Shown: positions 19,188 through 28,530 of the stretch, piece after piece | How the letters are laid out: each line of letters opens with the position of its first letter | How positions within the stretch are numbered: position 1 is the first letter of the stretch | DNA from: Candidatus Endomicrobiellum guadaloupense | GTDB taxonomy: Bacteria > Elusimicrobiota > Endomicrobiia > Endomicrobiales > Endomicrobiaceae | Direction of reading: 5' to 3' | DNA length: 64,000 bases | Assembly (NCBI GenBank): GCA_031278895.1 | Contig: JAITJN010000035.1 | Coordinates: 1,380-65,379 of the forward strand | Notes under the pieces: generated by a model | What the model saw: only the letters and a program-made list of their open reading frames with translations | Databases searched by the model: none | Told to the model about the DNA's origin: nothing | Position numbers and translations under genes: made by a program

Positions 19188-20357
19188 TTATTTAGATTTT
19201 GCAGCCGATTCTTTTATAAGGTTAAGGGCAATCTCATTTTTTTGAATTTGGCTTGTTCCTTCATAAAGAGTCGTTATTTTTGCATCTCTCATCATTTTTT
19301 CAACCGGATATTCTCTTGAATATCCGTATCCGCCAAGTATCTGTACCGCGTTAGTCGTAACCTTCATAGCTACCTCAGAGCAAAAAAGCTTAGCCATAGC
19401 AGATTCTTTGCTGGTACGTTTTTCTGTTCCAGCATCTATCATTCTAGCTGAAGCATAAAGCAAGGCTCTAGCGGCTTCAACCTCAGTAGCCATATCTGCA
19501 AGCATATGTTGTATGCCCTGGAAAGAAGCTATGGGCTGGCCAAACTGTACTCTTTTTCTAGCATAATCAACTGCTTCATCTAATGCTCCTGCAGCTATGC
19601 CCAAAGCCTGAGCAGCTACTCCAGGACGAGAGTTGTCTAACGTAGCTTGCGCTATCATTAAGCCATGACCTTCTTTTCCAAGGAGCTGATCTTTATGTAC
19701 TCTACAATTATTAAATATAAGTTCTGTTGTGGAAGATGCTCGTATCCCCATTTTCTTTTCTTTTTTCCCAAATTCAAATCCAGAAATTCCTTTTTCTACT
19801 ATAAAACAAGAAATTCCTCTTGCTCCTCTAGCAGGATTTGTTTTTGCAAAAATTGTATATGTTTCAGCTGCGCCACCATTTGTTATAAAGCACTTTGTTC
19901 CGTTTAAAACATAGTAATCGCCATCTTTTACAGCTGTCGTCGTCATACCAGTAGCATCAGAACCAGCATTAGCTTCAGTTAGTCCAAAAGCTGCAAGTTT
20001 TTTACCTGATGCAATATCTGGCAAATACTTTTTCTTTTGTTCTTCATTTCCTGCTATAAGAATAGGAAGAGTCCCTAAAGCTGTAGCAGCAAGAGACAAT
20101 GCTATAGCACCATCAACTTTGCAAAGTTCTTCAACTACAAGAGCCAAGCCCATTATCCCTTTTCCAAAACCGCCGTACTCTTCGGGAATATATACTCCAC
20201 ATAAATCAGCCTGAGCAAACTCTTTTACAATCTCCCAGGGAAATTCTTCTTTTTCATCGTAATGTTCTCTAACAGGCTTCATCTTTTCAATCGCAATAGT
20301 TCTTGCGGTTTCAACCATCATCTCTTCTTCTTCAGACAACATATAATCCATTACCAT
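19188..20357 (-). CDS. Acyl-CoA dehydrogenase (butyryl-CoA dehydrogenase-like)
   Basis: 389 aa with ..LTEANAGSD.. and the ..YEGTSQIQ.. catalytic region. Adjacent to etfBA. Confidence 0.9.
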   Translation of the reverse strand: MVMDYMLSEEEEMMVETARTIAIEKMKPVREHYDEKEEFPWEIVKEFAQADLCGVYIPEEYGGFGKGIMGLALVVEELCKVDGAIALSLAATALGTLPILIAGNEEQKKKYLPDIASGKKLAAFGLTEANAGSDATGMTTTAVKDGDYYVLNGTKCFITNGGAAETYTIFAKTNPARGARGISCFIVEKGISGFEFGKKEKKMGIRASSTTELIFNNCRVHKDQLLGKEGHGLMIAQATLDNSRPGVAAQALGIAAGALDEAVDYARKRVQFGQPIASFQGIQHMLADMATEVEAARALLYASARMIDAGTEKRTSKESAMAKLFCSEVAMKVTTNAVQILGGYGYSREYPVEKMMRDAKITTLYEGTSQIQKNEIALNLIKESAAKSK

Positions 20358-20405
20358 TTATAACCCCTCTTTTAGTTTACCTCAAATTTAGTGGCGCAAA
20401 CATTG

Positions 20406-21098
20406 CTAGTGTCCAAGATTTCTCGCGTCAACAGCTTCCATTGCCTGTTTAGCTGCAGATTGATGGGCTTCCTTTTTAGAACTACCTATACCTTTACCAA
20501 AAAGTCTATTTTTTATATAAACAGCCGCTTCAAACTTTTTGTTGTGGTCAGGGCCAGATTCTTTTATTATTTTATATTCAGGAAGCTCTTTATAAACTGA
20601 TTGAGCTTCTTCCTGCAATCTGCTTTTATAGTCTGTTATAATTATTTCTTTACGAATATCTAAGAATTTTATAACAAACTTCTTAGCATTTTCAAAACCA
20701 CCATCTAAATATATGGCTCCGACAACAGCTTCAAAAGCATCGCATAAAAGACTTTCCCTATTTCTCGCCTTAAATGCATCTTCACTTCTTCCTAATAAAA
20801 TATAAACCCATAAATCTATTTCTTTTGCCCAAATGCTTAAATTAGACGCAGAAGCTATTTGGGCTTTTAATTGAGATAATTTCCCCTCGCTTTCGCTAGG
20901 ATATCTTAAGTATAGAGTTTCTGCTATTATAGCAGATAAGATACTGTCTCCTAGAAACTCCATACGCTCATTGTAGTTCTTTTTGCCGTTAGATTCAGCG
21001 GCAAAAGATTTATGGATTAAAGCAGTTTCTAAAACTTCAAGATTATTGAATTTATATTCAATAATCTCTTGAAATTTTCTATAGTTTTTAACTAACAT
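20406..21098 (-). CDS. rnc: Ribonuclease III
   Basis: 230 aa with the signature ERMEFLGDS and a C-terminal dsRBD (..GSSKKEAHQSAAKQA..). Confidence 0.95.
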   Translation of the reverse strand: MLVKNYRKFQEIIEYKFNNLEVLETALIHKSFAAESNGKKNYNERMEFLGDSILSAIIAETLYLRYPSESEGKLSQLKAQIASASNLSIWAKEIDLWVYILLGRSEDAFKARNRESLLCDAFEAVVGAIYLDGGFENAKKFVIKFLDIRKEIIITDYKSRLQEEAQSVYKELPEYKIIKESGPDHNKKFEAAVYIKNRLFGKGIGSSKKEAHQSAAKQAMEAVDARNLGH

Positions 21099-22329
21099 AT
21101 TTTTTTACTACTATTGTTGCATTATGACCACCAAAGCCCAAAGAATTTGAAAGCGCACAAGTTATTTGCTGCTGCCTCATTTTATTTGGAACATAGTCTA
21201 AATCACAGTCTGGATCTGGAGTTTCATAATTTATAGTAGGAGGGATAAAACCTTCTTGCATGGAAAGAATTGTAGCAGCAAGCTCCACACCAGCAGCACC
21301 GCCCAATAGATGGCCAGTCATAGATTTAGTTGACGAAACAGGTATCTTATACGCCTTTTCTCCAAAAACTTTTTTTATTGCCAAAGTTTCAGTCTTATCA
21401 TTTAATGCTGTGGAAGTTCCATGAGCATTTATATAATCAACTTCATCTTTAGAAATACCTGCATCGGATATAGCTTTTTTCATTGCCGAAATAGCAGCTT
21501 TACCTTCTGGTTCAGGAGCTGTAATGTGATAAGCATCCTCAGAGGCTCCATATCCTACAAGTTCAGCATATATTTTTGCACCTCTGGCTAAAGCATGTTC
21601 TAAAGTTTCAAGAACTACAATTCCAGCACCTTCTCCCATAACAAAACCATCGCGATTCTTATCAAAAGGTCTAGATGCTTTTTGTGGATCATCATTCCTC
21701 TGAGAGAGAGCTTTTATGCAACAAAAACCTGCTACTCCTAGCGGAACTATAGCACCTTCAGAACCACCAGTAATTATAACATCAGCTCCACCACTTCGCA
21801 AGAGACTTAAAGCATCTCCTATAGCATGGTTTCCCGAAGCGCAAGCACTAGTAACTGCATAATTGGGGCCGGTAAAACCATACTCTATGGCTATTTCACC
21901 AGGAAGTATATTTGTAATTATCATAGGGATAAGAAAAGGACTTACTCTTCTTGGGCCTTTTGCTAAAAGAGACTGTTCTTCTTTCTCAATTATATCTAAA
22001 CCACCTATACCGGTACCAGTTATAACTCCTACTCTTGACAAATCTTCTTTAGACAGATCAAGTCCTGAATCTTCAATAGCCATTTTCGCAGCAGCAAAAC
22101 CAAACTGTGTAAATCTGGCCATCTTATTTATTTTCTTTTTCTCAATAAATTTCTCAGGTTCAAAATCTTTTACGATAGCTGCAAAGCGAGTAGTATAAGC
22201 ACTTGTATCAAAAGATTCTATATTAGAGGCACCTGACTTTCCTTCTTTTAAAGCATTAGTAAACTCAGCGTTGCCTATACCTATAGGAGTAACAATTCCA
22301 ACACCGGTTATAACTGTCCTCTTTTTCAT
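21088..22329 (-). CDS. fabF: 3-oxoacyl-ACP synthase II
   Basis: 413 aa with active-site ACASG, HGTST and a GFGGHN tail. Confidence 0.95.
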   Translation of the reverse strand: MKKRTVITGVGIVTPIGIGNAEFTNALKEGKSGASNIESFDTSAYTTRFAAIVKDFEPEKFIEKKKINKMARFTQFGFAAAKMAIEDSGLDLSKEDLSRVGVITGTGIGGLDIIEKEEQSLLAKGPRRVSPFLIPMIITNILPGEIAIEYGFTGPNYAVTSACASGNHAIGDALSLLRSGGADVIITGGSEGAIVPLGVAGFCCIKALSQRNDDPQKASRPFDKNRDGFVMGEGAGIVVLETLEHALARGAKIYAELVGYGASEDAYHITAPEPEGKAAISAMKKAISDAGISKDEVDYINAHGTSTALNDKTETLAIKKVFGEKAYKIPVSSTKSMTGHLLGGAAGVELAATILSMQEGFIPPTINYETPDPDCDLDYVPNKMRQQQITCALSNSLGFGGHNATIVVKKYVS

Positions 22330-22344
22330 TTTTATACCTTGTTA

Positions 22345-22584
22345 TTATTTTGTAGCATGTGCCTTTATGTATTCAACTGCGCTTCCTACTGTTTGAATCT
22401 TCTCAGCTTCTTCATCTGGTATTTCAATGCCAAATTCTTCTTCAAAAGCCATAACAAGCTCTACTGTATCCAAAGAATCTGCTCCTAAATCATTAACAAA
22501 AGATGCTCCTGTTACAACTTCTGCTGGATCTACACCTAACTGTTCAACAATAATTTCTTTCACTCTAGCCTCTAAATCTGCCAT
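22345..22584 (-). CDS. acpP: Acyl carrier protein
   Basis: I moved the start to [11 protein letters not shown] (GGGAGGA lies 7 nt upstream). Contains the [13 protein letters not shown] phosphopantetheine site. Confidence 0.95.
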   Translation of the reverse strand: MADLEARVKEIIVEQLGVDPAEVVTGASFVNDLGADSLDTVELVMAFEEEFGIEIPDEEAEKIQTVGSAVEYIKAHATK

Positions 22585-22655
22585 TGTACGTCCTCCCTTT
22601 GTCATTCTTTGCTATTATTTTTATACGACTATTTTAGATACGCAAAGCGTATAAA

Positions 22656-23399
22656 TTACATGTACATTCCACCGTTGACTGACATAACGTGTCCTGTTAT
22701 ATAAGACGAATCATCACTCGCAAAAAACAAAGCAGCCTTAGCGATATCAGATGCATCTCCAAGTCTTGCAAGAGGTATTGTAGAAGCCATAGCATCTTTT
22801 TGCTCTTGAGTCAACTTGTCAGTCATTGCAGTACGTATAAATCCTGGAGCGATAGCATTCACTAAAATATTTCTTGAAGCAAATTCTCTGGCACAAGTTT
22901 TAGTCATTGCTATAACTCCCCCCTTAGAAGCAGAATAATTTATCTGGCCAGCATTCCCCATTTCTCCAACAACAGAAGCTATATTTATTATTCTACCCTG
23001 TCTTGCTTTAATCATTGGCCTACTTGCAGCTTTTATACAGTTAAACACTCCTTTTAAATTAACAGCTATAACTGCATCCCACTCTGTTTCACTCATTCTT
23101 AAGACGAGATTATCCTTAGTTATCCCTGCATTATTGACTAGTATATCTATTTTGGAAAATTTGTCAAGAGACGCTTTTACCAACGATTCACAGTCTTCTA
23201 ATTTAGTCACATTTGCTGCTATAGCTGCAGTTTCAATACTATACTTTGATTTTATTTCATCTGCAGTTTTCTGAGTTGATTCAATATTTATGTCAGAAAT
23301 AACAACCTCTGATCCTTCAGATGCAAAAAGCTCGGCTATTGCCCTTCCTATTCCCTGAGCAGAACCAGTAATAACTGCTGTCTTTGCCTGAAGTCTCAT
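22656..23399 (-). CDS. fabG: 3-oxoacyl-ACP reductase
   Basis: 247 aa with TGSAQGIG, NNAG and YSASKGG motifs. Confidence 0.95.
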   Translation of the reverse strand: MRLQAKTAVITGSAQGIGRAIAELFASEGSEVVISDINIESTQKTADEIKSKYSIETAAIAANVTKLEDCESLVKASLDKFSKIDILVNNAGITKDNLVLRMSETEWDAVIAVNLKGVFNCIKAASRPMIKARQGRIINIASVVGEMGNAGQINYSASKGGVIAMTKTCAREFASRNILVNAIAPGFIRTAMTDKLTQEQKDAMASTIPLARLGDASDIAKAALFFASDDSSYITGHVMSVNGGMYM

Positions 23400-24337
23400 T
23401 TATTCAATCCCTCCAACGTTTTTTCTAAACTTGCACAATCTTCTATATTTAACGCCTTTTTTGATCTGTCTATTCTTCTTAAAAGCCCTGACAAAACTTT
23501 TCCTGACCCAATCTCTATAAATTTGTCAAAACCTAAAAGGATTATGTTCTTTATAGTTTCATCCCACTTTACTGCAGATTTAATCTGTTTTATAAGTCTT
23601 TCTTTTATTGTTGACGAGTCTTTAGTTAGAGAAGCATCGCAATTGGTAAACACACCAAATTTGGGAATATTAAAAGTATATTTTTCCAGCTCTTTTGCCA
23701 TACTATCCGAAGCTGATGACATAAGAGAAGAATGGAAAGGACCTGAAACATTTAAAACAGCTGTTTTTGCAGCTCCGGCTGCAGACGCAAGTTCAATAGC
23801 TTTATTTATTGCAGCAGAAACTCCAGCTATAACAATTTGGCATGGAGAATTGAAATTTACAGCTTCACATACACCAACACTTGAAGCTTGGTTACATATA
23901 TCTTCAACAATAGGAGCATCAAGGCCAATGATTGCAGCCATACTACCCGGATTTGCTTCAGAAGCTTTTTGTATAAATTCACCTCTGGCTTTTACCAAAG
24001 ATAGTCCATCTTTAAAATCAAAGAACCCTGCGGTATACAATGCACTATACTCGCCTAAAGAATGCCCAGCAGCAACAAATTCAGTATTTTTGAAATCATA
24101 AAGCTCTTTAAAAACTTCAAATGCTGCTATACTTACTGTAAAGATTGCAGGTTGAGCATATTTTGTAAGAGTTAAATCTTCTTGAGGTCCTTCAAAGATA
24201 ATTTTTTTAAGTTCGTCACCAGCTAAATCTATTATTTCTTTAGCTTTTTGGTATTTTTCATAAAGCTCTTCTCCCATTCCTACACTCTGAGATCCTTGTC
24301 CGGGAAACATCAATGCTATTTTTGACATTATAATCAA
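23396..24337 (-). CDS. fabD: Malonyl-CoA:ACP transacylase
   Basis: FPGQGSQ and GHSLGEYSAL motifs. Confidence 0.95.
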   Translation of the reverse strand: MIIMSKIALMFPGQGSQSVGMGEELYEKYQKAKEIIDLAGDELKKIIFEGPQEDLTLTKYAQPAIFTVSIAAFEVFKELYDFKNTEFVAAGHSLGEYSALYTAGFFDFKDGLSLVKARGEFIQKASEANPGSMAAIIGLDAPIVEDICNQASSVGVCEAVNFNSPCQIVIAGVSAAINKAIELASAAGAAKTAVLNVSGPFHSSLMSSASDSMAKELEKYTFNIPKFGVFTNCDASLTKDSSTIKERLIKQIKSAVKWDETIKNIILLGFDKFIEIGSGKVLSGLLRRIDRSKKALNIEDCASLEKTLEGLNK

Positions 24338-24349
24338 TCCTATGAAATC

Positions 24350-25339
24350 TTAAATTCTAACTACAGAAGCACCCCAAGTAAATCCACCACCAAAAGCAAC
24401 CATCTCAACTAAGTCTCCGCGTTTAACTCTGCCTGTCTTTATAGCTTCATCTAAAGCTGTTATTGTGGTAGCTGATGAAATATTCCCAGTTTTATGGATA
24501 TTTACAAAAACTTTGTCCATTGATATATCAAGTTTTTTAGCAACAGCTTCAATTATCCTCATATTTGCTTGGTGAGGTATAAAGAGACTTATATCTTCTA
24601 GTTTTTTGCCAGAAAGCTCTAAAGCTTTTTTAGCAGATAAAGCCATTTTTGGAACTGCTGCCTTAAAAACATCTTTGCCTTGCATTCTCATTGTATGAAG
24701 ATTTTGATTAACAGTTTCTGCTGTAGCAGGGTTGACAGAACCGCCTCCAGGTAAGAAAAGTAAATCTGAGTATGCACCATCTGCGCCTAGATATATCGAT
24801 AAGATATTGTCATCTTCCTGTGAAGCAGACAATATCATTGCACCTGCTCCATCACCAAATAAAACGCATGTATTCCTGTCTGTCCAGTCTGTAATTTTTG
24901 AAAGAGTTTCAGATCCTACTAACAAAACAGTTCTATATAGTCCAGACTCTATAAATGCTCTTGCCGTAGCAATGCCATAAATAAAACCACTGCAAGCAGC
25001 AGATAAGTCAAAAGCTGGGATAGAATTTAATCCCAATTTTTTTTGCAAAAAACATGCTGTTGACGGAAAAAACATATCTGGAGTAATAGTAGCTACAATT
25101 ATTAAATCTATTTTATCTGGAGAAATATTTGAAGATTTTAAAGCTTCTAAAGAAACCATATAGGCAAGATCTAAAGTAGTTTCATTTTTTTCGACAATTC
25201 GTCTTTCCTTGATTCCAGTTCTTGTACTTATCCATTCATCTGAAGTGTCAACCATCTTTTCCAAATCAGCATTGGTAAGAACTTTCTTGGGGAAATATGA
25301 ACCAGTACTTAAAATTTTCACGCCAATCTTTTTGTTCAT
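24350..25339 (-). CDS. fabH: 3-oxoacyl-ACP synthase III
   Basis: 329 aa with AACSGFIYG, HQAN and GGGFTWG. Confidence 0.95.
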   Translation of the reverse strand: MNKKIGVKILSTGSYFPKKVLTNADLEKMVDTSDEWISTRTGIKERRIVEKNETTLDLAYMVSLEALKSSNISPDKIDLIIVATITPDMFFPSTACFLQKKLGLNSIPAFDLSAACSGFIYGIATARAFIESGLYRTVLLVGSETLSKITDWTDRNTCVLFGDGAGAMILSASQEDDNILSIYLGADGAYSDLLFLPGGGSVNPATAETVNQNLHTMRMQGKDVFKAAVPKMALSAKKALELSGKKLEDISLFIPHQANMRIIEAVAKKLDISMDKVFVNIHKTGNISSATTITALDEAIKTGRVKRGDLVEMVAFGGGFTWGASVVRI

Positions 25340-25354
25340 TTATTTATATGACCT

Positions 25355-26371
25355 TTACACCAAGTCTATTTTTGATTTTGCTATAGCTTCTTTTATGTCT
25401 TTGGTAAGATTATTTTTAGCAGCTTTTGCTCCAACGAAAATAGCGTTTTTAACAGCTTTAAAATTTGAAGCTCCATGACCAACTATGCAAACACCGTCAA
25501 CACCTAAAAGAGGAGCTCCACCAACTTCGTTATAATCCACCTTTTTTCTTAAATCTTTTATAGCAAACCATAAAAAAGGAATAGATATCCAAGCCATAGG
25601 ATGTCTTTTAAGGGATGTTTTAATGAGTTTTAGAAGGACTTCTGCAAGACCCTCGCCAAATTTTAATATTACGTTTCCTACAAAACCATCACATACCACA
25701 ACATCTGCTTTTGATTTTGGAATATCTCTACCTTCAACATTACCAACAAAATTAATGTTGGCTTTCTTTAGGAGATCAAATGCAGCCAATGTAAGCTCAT
25801 TGCCTTTGACATCTTCTTCTCCTATTGAGACAAGTCCGACTTTTGGATTTTTAATACCACTAATCTTTTCACAAAATAAACTTGCCATTATCCCAAATTG
25901 CAAAAGATATTCTGGTTTGCAGTCAACGTTTGCCCCCATATCGGCAATTACACAATGTCCGTTTATGGTTGGAAAAGTTGTTGAAATAGCGGGTCTCAAG
26001 ACGCCTTCTATCCTTTTCAAATAGAACAATGCCGCAGACATAACTGCTCCAGAGTTACCCATTGAAACAAAAGCATCTGCTTTTCCATCGGCAACAAGTT
26101 TTGCACAAACTGATAAAGATGAATTTTTTTTCTCACGTACAGCCTTAACTGGATGATCGTCCATAAAAATAATTTCTGTTGCATTAACTATTTCTATATT
26201 AAGAGACTTAACGTTATAACGCTTAGTATACTTTGCCATTTCTTCAGCTAAAATCTTTTCTGGACCTACAAGTAAAATCTTGTAATCTGATTCTCTTGCA
26301 GCTAAAATTGCACCTTCAACTGTAGAAACTGGAGCGAAATCACTACCCATAGCGTCAAGCGCAATTATCAT
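25355..26371 (-). CDS. plsX: Phosphate acyltransferase
   Basis: 338 aa starting MIIALDAMGSD with ..GNVEGRDI.. and ..VCDGFVGN.. Confidence 0.95.
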   Translation of the reverse strand: MIIALDAMGSDFAPVSTVEGAILAARESDYKILLVGPEKILAEEMAKYTKRYNVKSLNIEIVNATEIIFMDDHPVKAVREKKNSSLSVCAKLVADGKADAFVSMGNSGAVMSAALFYLKRIEGVLRPAISTTFPTINGHCVIADMGANVDCKPEYLLQFGIMASLFCEKISGIKNPKVGLVSIGEEDVKGNELTLAAFDLLKKANINFVGNVEGRDIPKSKADVVVCDGFVGNVILKFGEGLAEVLLKLIKTSLKRHPMAWISIPFLWFAIKDLRKKVDYNEVGGAPLLGVDGVCIVGHGASNFKAVKNAIFVGAKAAKNNLTKDIKEAIAKSKIDLV

Positions 26372-26598
26372 TATTTTTCAACCTCTTGCTGAGTTTGTTC
26401 TTCTGACTCTGCTTTTTTAACTTTTTTAGTAACTATAAGCTTCCCATTATAAAAACCGCACTTTGGGCATACTTTATGAGGCATTTTTGAAGCTCCGCAA
26501 TTTGAGCATTTACTTGCATTTGGAGTGTCTAATTTTGAATTTGCTGATCTTCTGCAATCCCTACGATAAGGGGTATGTTTTCTTTTTGGATTTGGCAT
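26371..26598 (-). CDS. rpmF: 50S ribosomal protein L32 (with acidic/lysine-rich C-terminal tail)
   Basis: An internal ATG at 26598-26596 is preceded by GGAGGAAGTAAAAAG. It translates to MPNPKRKHTPYRRDCRRSANSKL...CSNCGASKMPHKVCPKCGFYNGK, the L32 N-terminal signature plus zinc ribbon. It lies in the same frame as the upstream YceD-like ORF with no intervening stop. Confidence 0.85.
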   Translation of the reverse strand: MPNPKRKHTPYRRDCRRSANSKLDTPNASKCSNCGASKMPHKVCPKCGFYNGKLIVTKKVKKAESEEQTQQEVEK

Positions 26599-27096
26599 CT
26601 TTTTACTTCCTCCACTCTTGTTATTTAACAATTCTTCCCATCTTTCTTTAGCTGACTCATCAATGCTATCACGGCAATTACAAGAACTATTCTTTTTATT
26701 ATGCCTCCCACACGTTCTACATATTCCAAGACAATCTTGATTACAAATAGGTTTCATGGGCATTTCAAGTAGTAATAACTGACGAACTTCTTCGCCAACA
26801 TCAACCCGCAAATTATCTACTTCAATATTGGTATTTATAGAGATTTCAATATGATGTTTGTATAAGTTAAGACAACGCGAACATTCAAGTTCAACAAAAC
26901 CTTCTATTATCCCACTTACATATATTGATTCTTCAGAAGATTTTAAAGCTCTAAAAGAAACAAAAATGTCAAAATTTAACCCTATATTAGCAGTGTATTT
27001 ATGTTCTTTAACTTCAACTGTATCTGTTTTCAAAAAATCAGACAAACTTAGTATTAATTCTCTCATTGAAATTCCGAACATTTTAATATGTTCCAC
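26599..27096 (-). CDS. yceD: YceD (DUF177) family protein; the ORF has no stop of its own and runs in frame into rpmF
   Basis: The ORF track gives one 241-aa ORF (26371..27096). The first ~166 aa have the DUF177 pattern (..ELECSRCL....PICNQDCLGICRTCG..) and sit in the canonical position upstream of rpmF-plsX. Confidence 0.7.
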
Positions 27097-27113
27097 AGCT
27101 TCTTGTCAATTGC

Positions 27114-28325
27114 TTACTCATTATTTCCTATAACTCTGCGAGACTCTCTTGCTATCATCAATTCTTCATTTGTTGGAATAATTATAATCTTCACTTTAGA
27201 ATTGTTTGTTGATATAAATCTCTCTTCACTCGAACGCTCTTTATTTTTTTCGGCATCTAGTTCAATCCCCAAAGCATTTAAATTCTTACAAACAGCTTCT
27301 CTAACAGGAGCGGAATTTTCCCCTATTCCAGCAGTAAATATTAATGCATCAGCATCATTTAATACTCCATAATAAGCGCTTATATACTTTTTTATACTGT
27401 AAACAAGCATGTTAAAAGCAAGCTGTGCTTTTTTATTACCTTCTGAAATAGCTTTAAGAATATCTCTCATATCAGCAGAAAGGCCTGACACTCCTGTTAA
27501 TCCACTTTTTTTATTCATCAAATCATTTAGCGTTTTACCATCTTTATACTCAGGGTATTGATCTATTAGATAAGCTATTATAGCAGGATCAATATCTCCG
27601 CATCTTGTACCCATAACAACACCTTGCAATGGAGTAAAACCCATTGACGTATCTATAACTTTACCATTTTCTATTGCAGTTATGCTGCTACCATTGCCAA
27701 GATGAGCAGTTATCAATTTTAAATCGCTCAAAGGTTGGTTAAGTAAAACTGCTGCTCTCTGCGAAACATAATTATGGGATGTCCCATGAAAACCATATCT
27801 TCTTATATGATCTTTTTCATAAAACTCATAAGGAAGAGCATACATATAAGCATAATCAGGCATTGTTTGATGGAAAGCCGTATCAAACACCAAAACAGAT
27901 GGTATTCCATGAAGCATTTTTTCAACAGCAACTATACCAGCATAATGAGCCGGAGTATGTAAAGGAGCTATTGAAAAACATTCTTTTAACTGTTCTTTTA
28001 CTTTTTCTGTAATCAAAACAGATTTTGAGAATTTATCTCCGCCGTGAACTATTCTGTGCCCAACAGCAGCTATTTCACTGACATCTGAAATAATGCCTTT
28101 GTTTTTATCTAGCAATTCATTTATTATCAGCTCTACAGCTTCAGTATGATTTGCAACTTTTACAGATTCTTTTCTCTCTTGACTTTTTACAGTTTCTCTC
28201 TTATAAAAAGCTTCTGGAAGACCTATACACTCTATTAACCCCCAAGCTATCTTCTTCTCATTTCCCATCTCAAATAAAGTATACTTTACAGAGGACGAAC
28301 CACAATTAACAACTAATACTTTCAT
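27114..28325 (-). CDS. ackA: Acetate kinase
   Basis: 403 aa starting [15 protein letters not shown] with ..HRIVHGG.. and ..FTAGIGENS.. Confidence 0.96.
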   Translation of the reverse strand: MKVLVVNCGSSSVKYTLFEMGNEKKIAWGLIECIGLPEAFYKRETVKSQERKESVKVANHTEAVELIINELLDKNKGIISDVSEIAAVGHRIVHGGDKFSKSVLITEKVKEQLKECFSIAPLHTPAHYAGIVAVEKMLHGIPSVLVFDTAFHQTMPDYAYMYALPYEFYEKDHIRRYGFHGTSHNYVSQRAAVLLNQPLSDLKLITAHLGNGSSITAIENGKVIDTSMGFTPLQGVVMGTRCGDIDPAIIAYLIDQYPEYKDGKTLNDLMNKKSGLTGVSGLSADMRDILKAISEGNKKAQLAFNMLVYSIKKYISAYYGVLNDADALIFTAGIGENSAPVREAVCKNLNALGIELDAEKNKERSSEERFISTNNSKVKIIIIPTNEELMIARESRRVIGNNE

Positions 28326-28374
28326 AATGCTACAACTCCTTTTTTAAACTTTTCTAAGTACCTATAATATATAC

Positions 28375-28405
28375 GTCCTATAAACTCATACTAAGTTTAT
28401 AGGAC
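28375..28405. promoter_or_regulatory. Perfect 11-bp inverted repeat (GTCCTATAAAC-N9-GTTTATAGGAC) just upstream of the putative ackA -10/SD
   Basis: Read directly. On the minus strand it is followed by TATATATTATAGG...AAAAAGGAGTTGTAGCATT-ATG (ackA start 28325). There is no U-tract on either strand, so it looks more like an operator than a terminator. Confidence 0.45.
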
Positions 28406-28530
28406 AATGTCTGATTCTATCAGTATTTTCTATTAATTGTCAAACACTTACACAATATCATTCTACTGCAAGAATTATTTGTTTACCACTTCGAGCATTA
28501 TTTATTGTATTTTTTGAAATAATTATCAAT

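Noticed and set aside
19188-20357. Calling the acyl-CoA dehydrogenase specifically butyryl-CoA dehydrogenase of a butyrate pathway
   Set aside because: Adjacent etfBA supports a Bcd-like bifurcating complex. No thiolase, hbd or crt genes are in the window, and substrate specificity cannot be read from the sequence by eye. I kept the generic call.
23523-24101. Long plus-strand ORFs: 23523..24101 (192 aa), 47719..48258 (179 aa), 58333..58881 (182 aa), 54231..54686 (151 aa), 25623..26024 (133 aa), 53039..53440 (133 aa), 46543..46926 (127 aa) and others
   Set aside because: Each lies entirely antisense to a confidently identified minus-strand gene (fabD, mutL, amidase, kinase, plsX, GT4). Each has low-complexity Ser/Leu/Phe/Ile-rich translations and no RBS or family resemblance. 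They are shadow ORFs expected in AT-rich, purine-skewed coding DNA.
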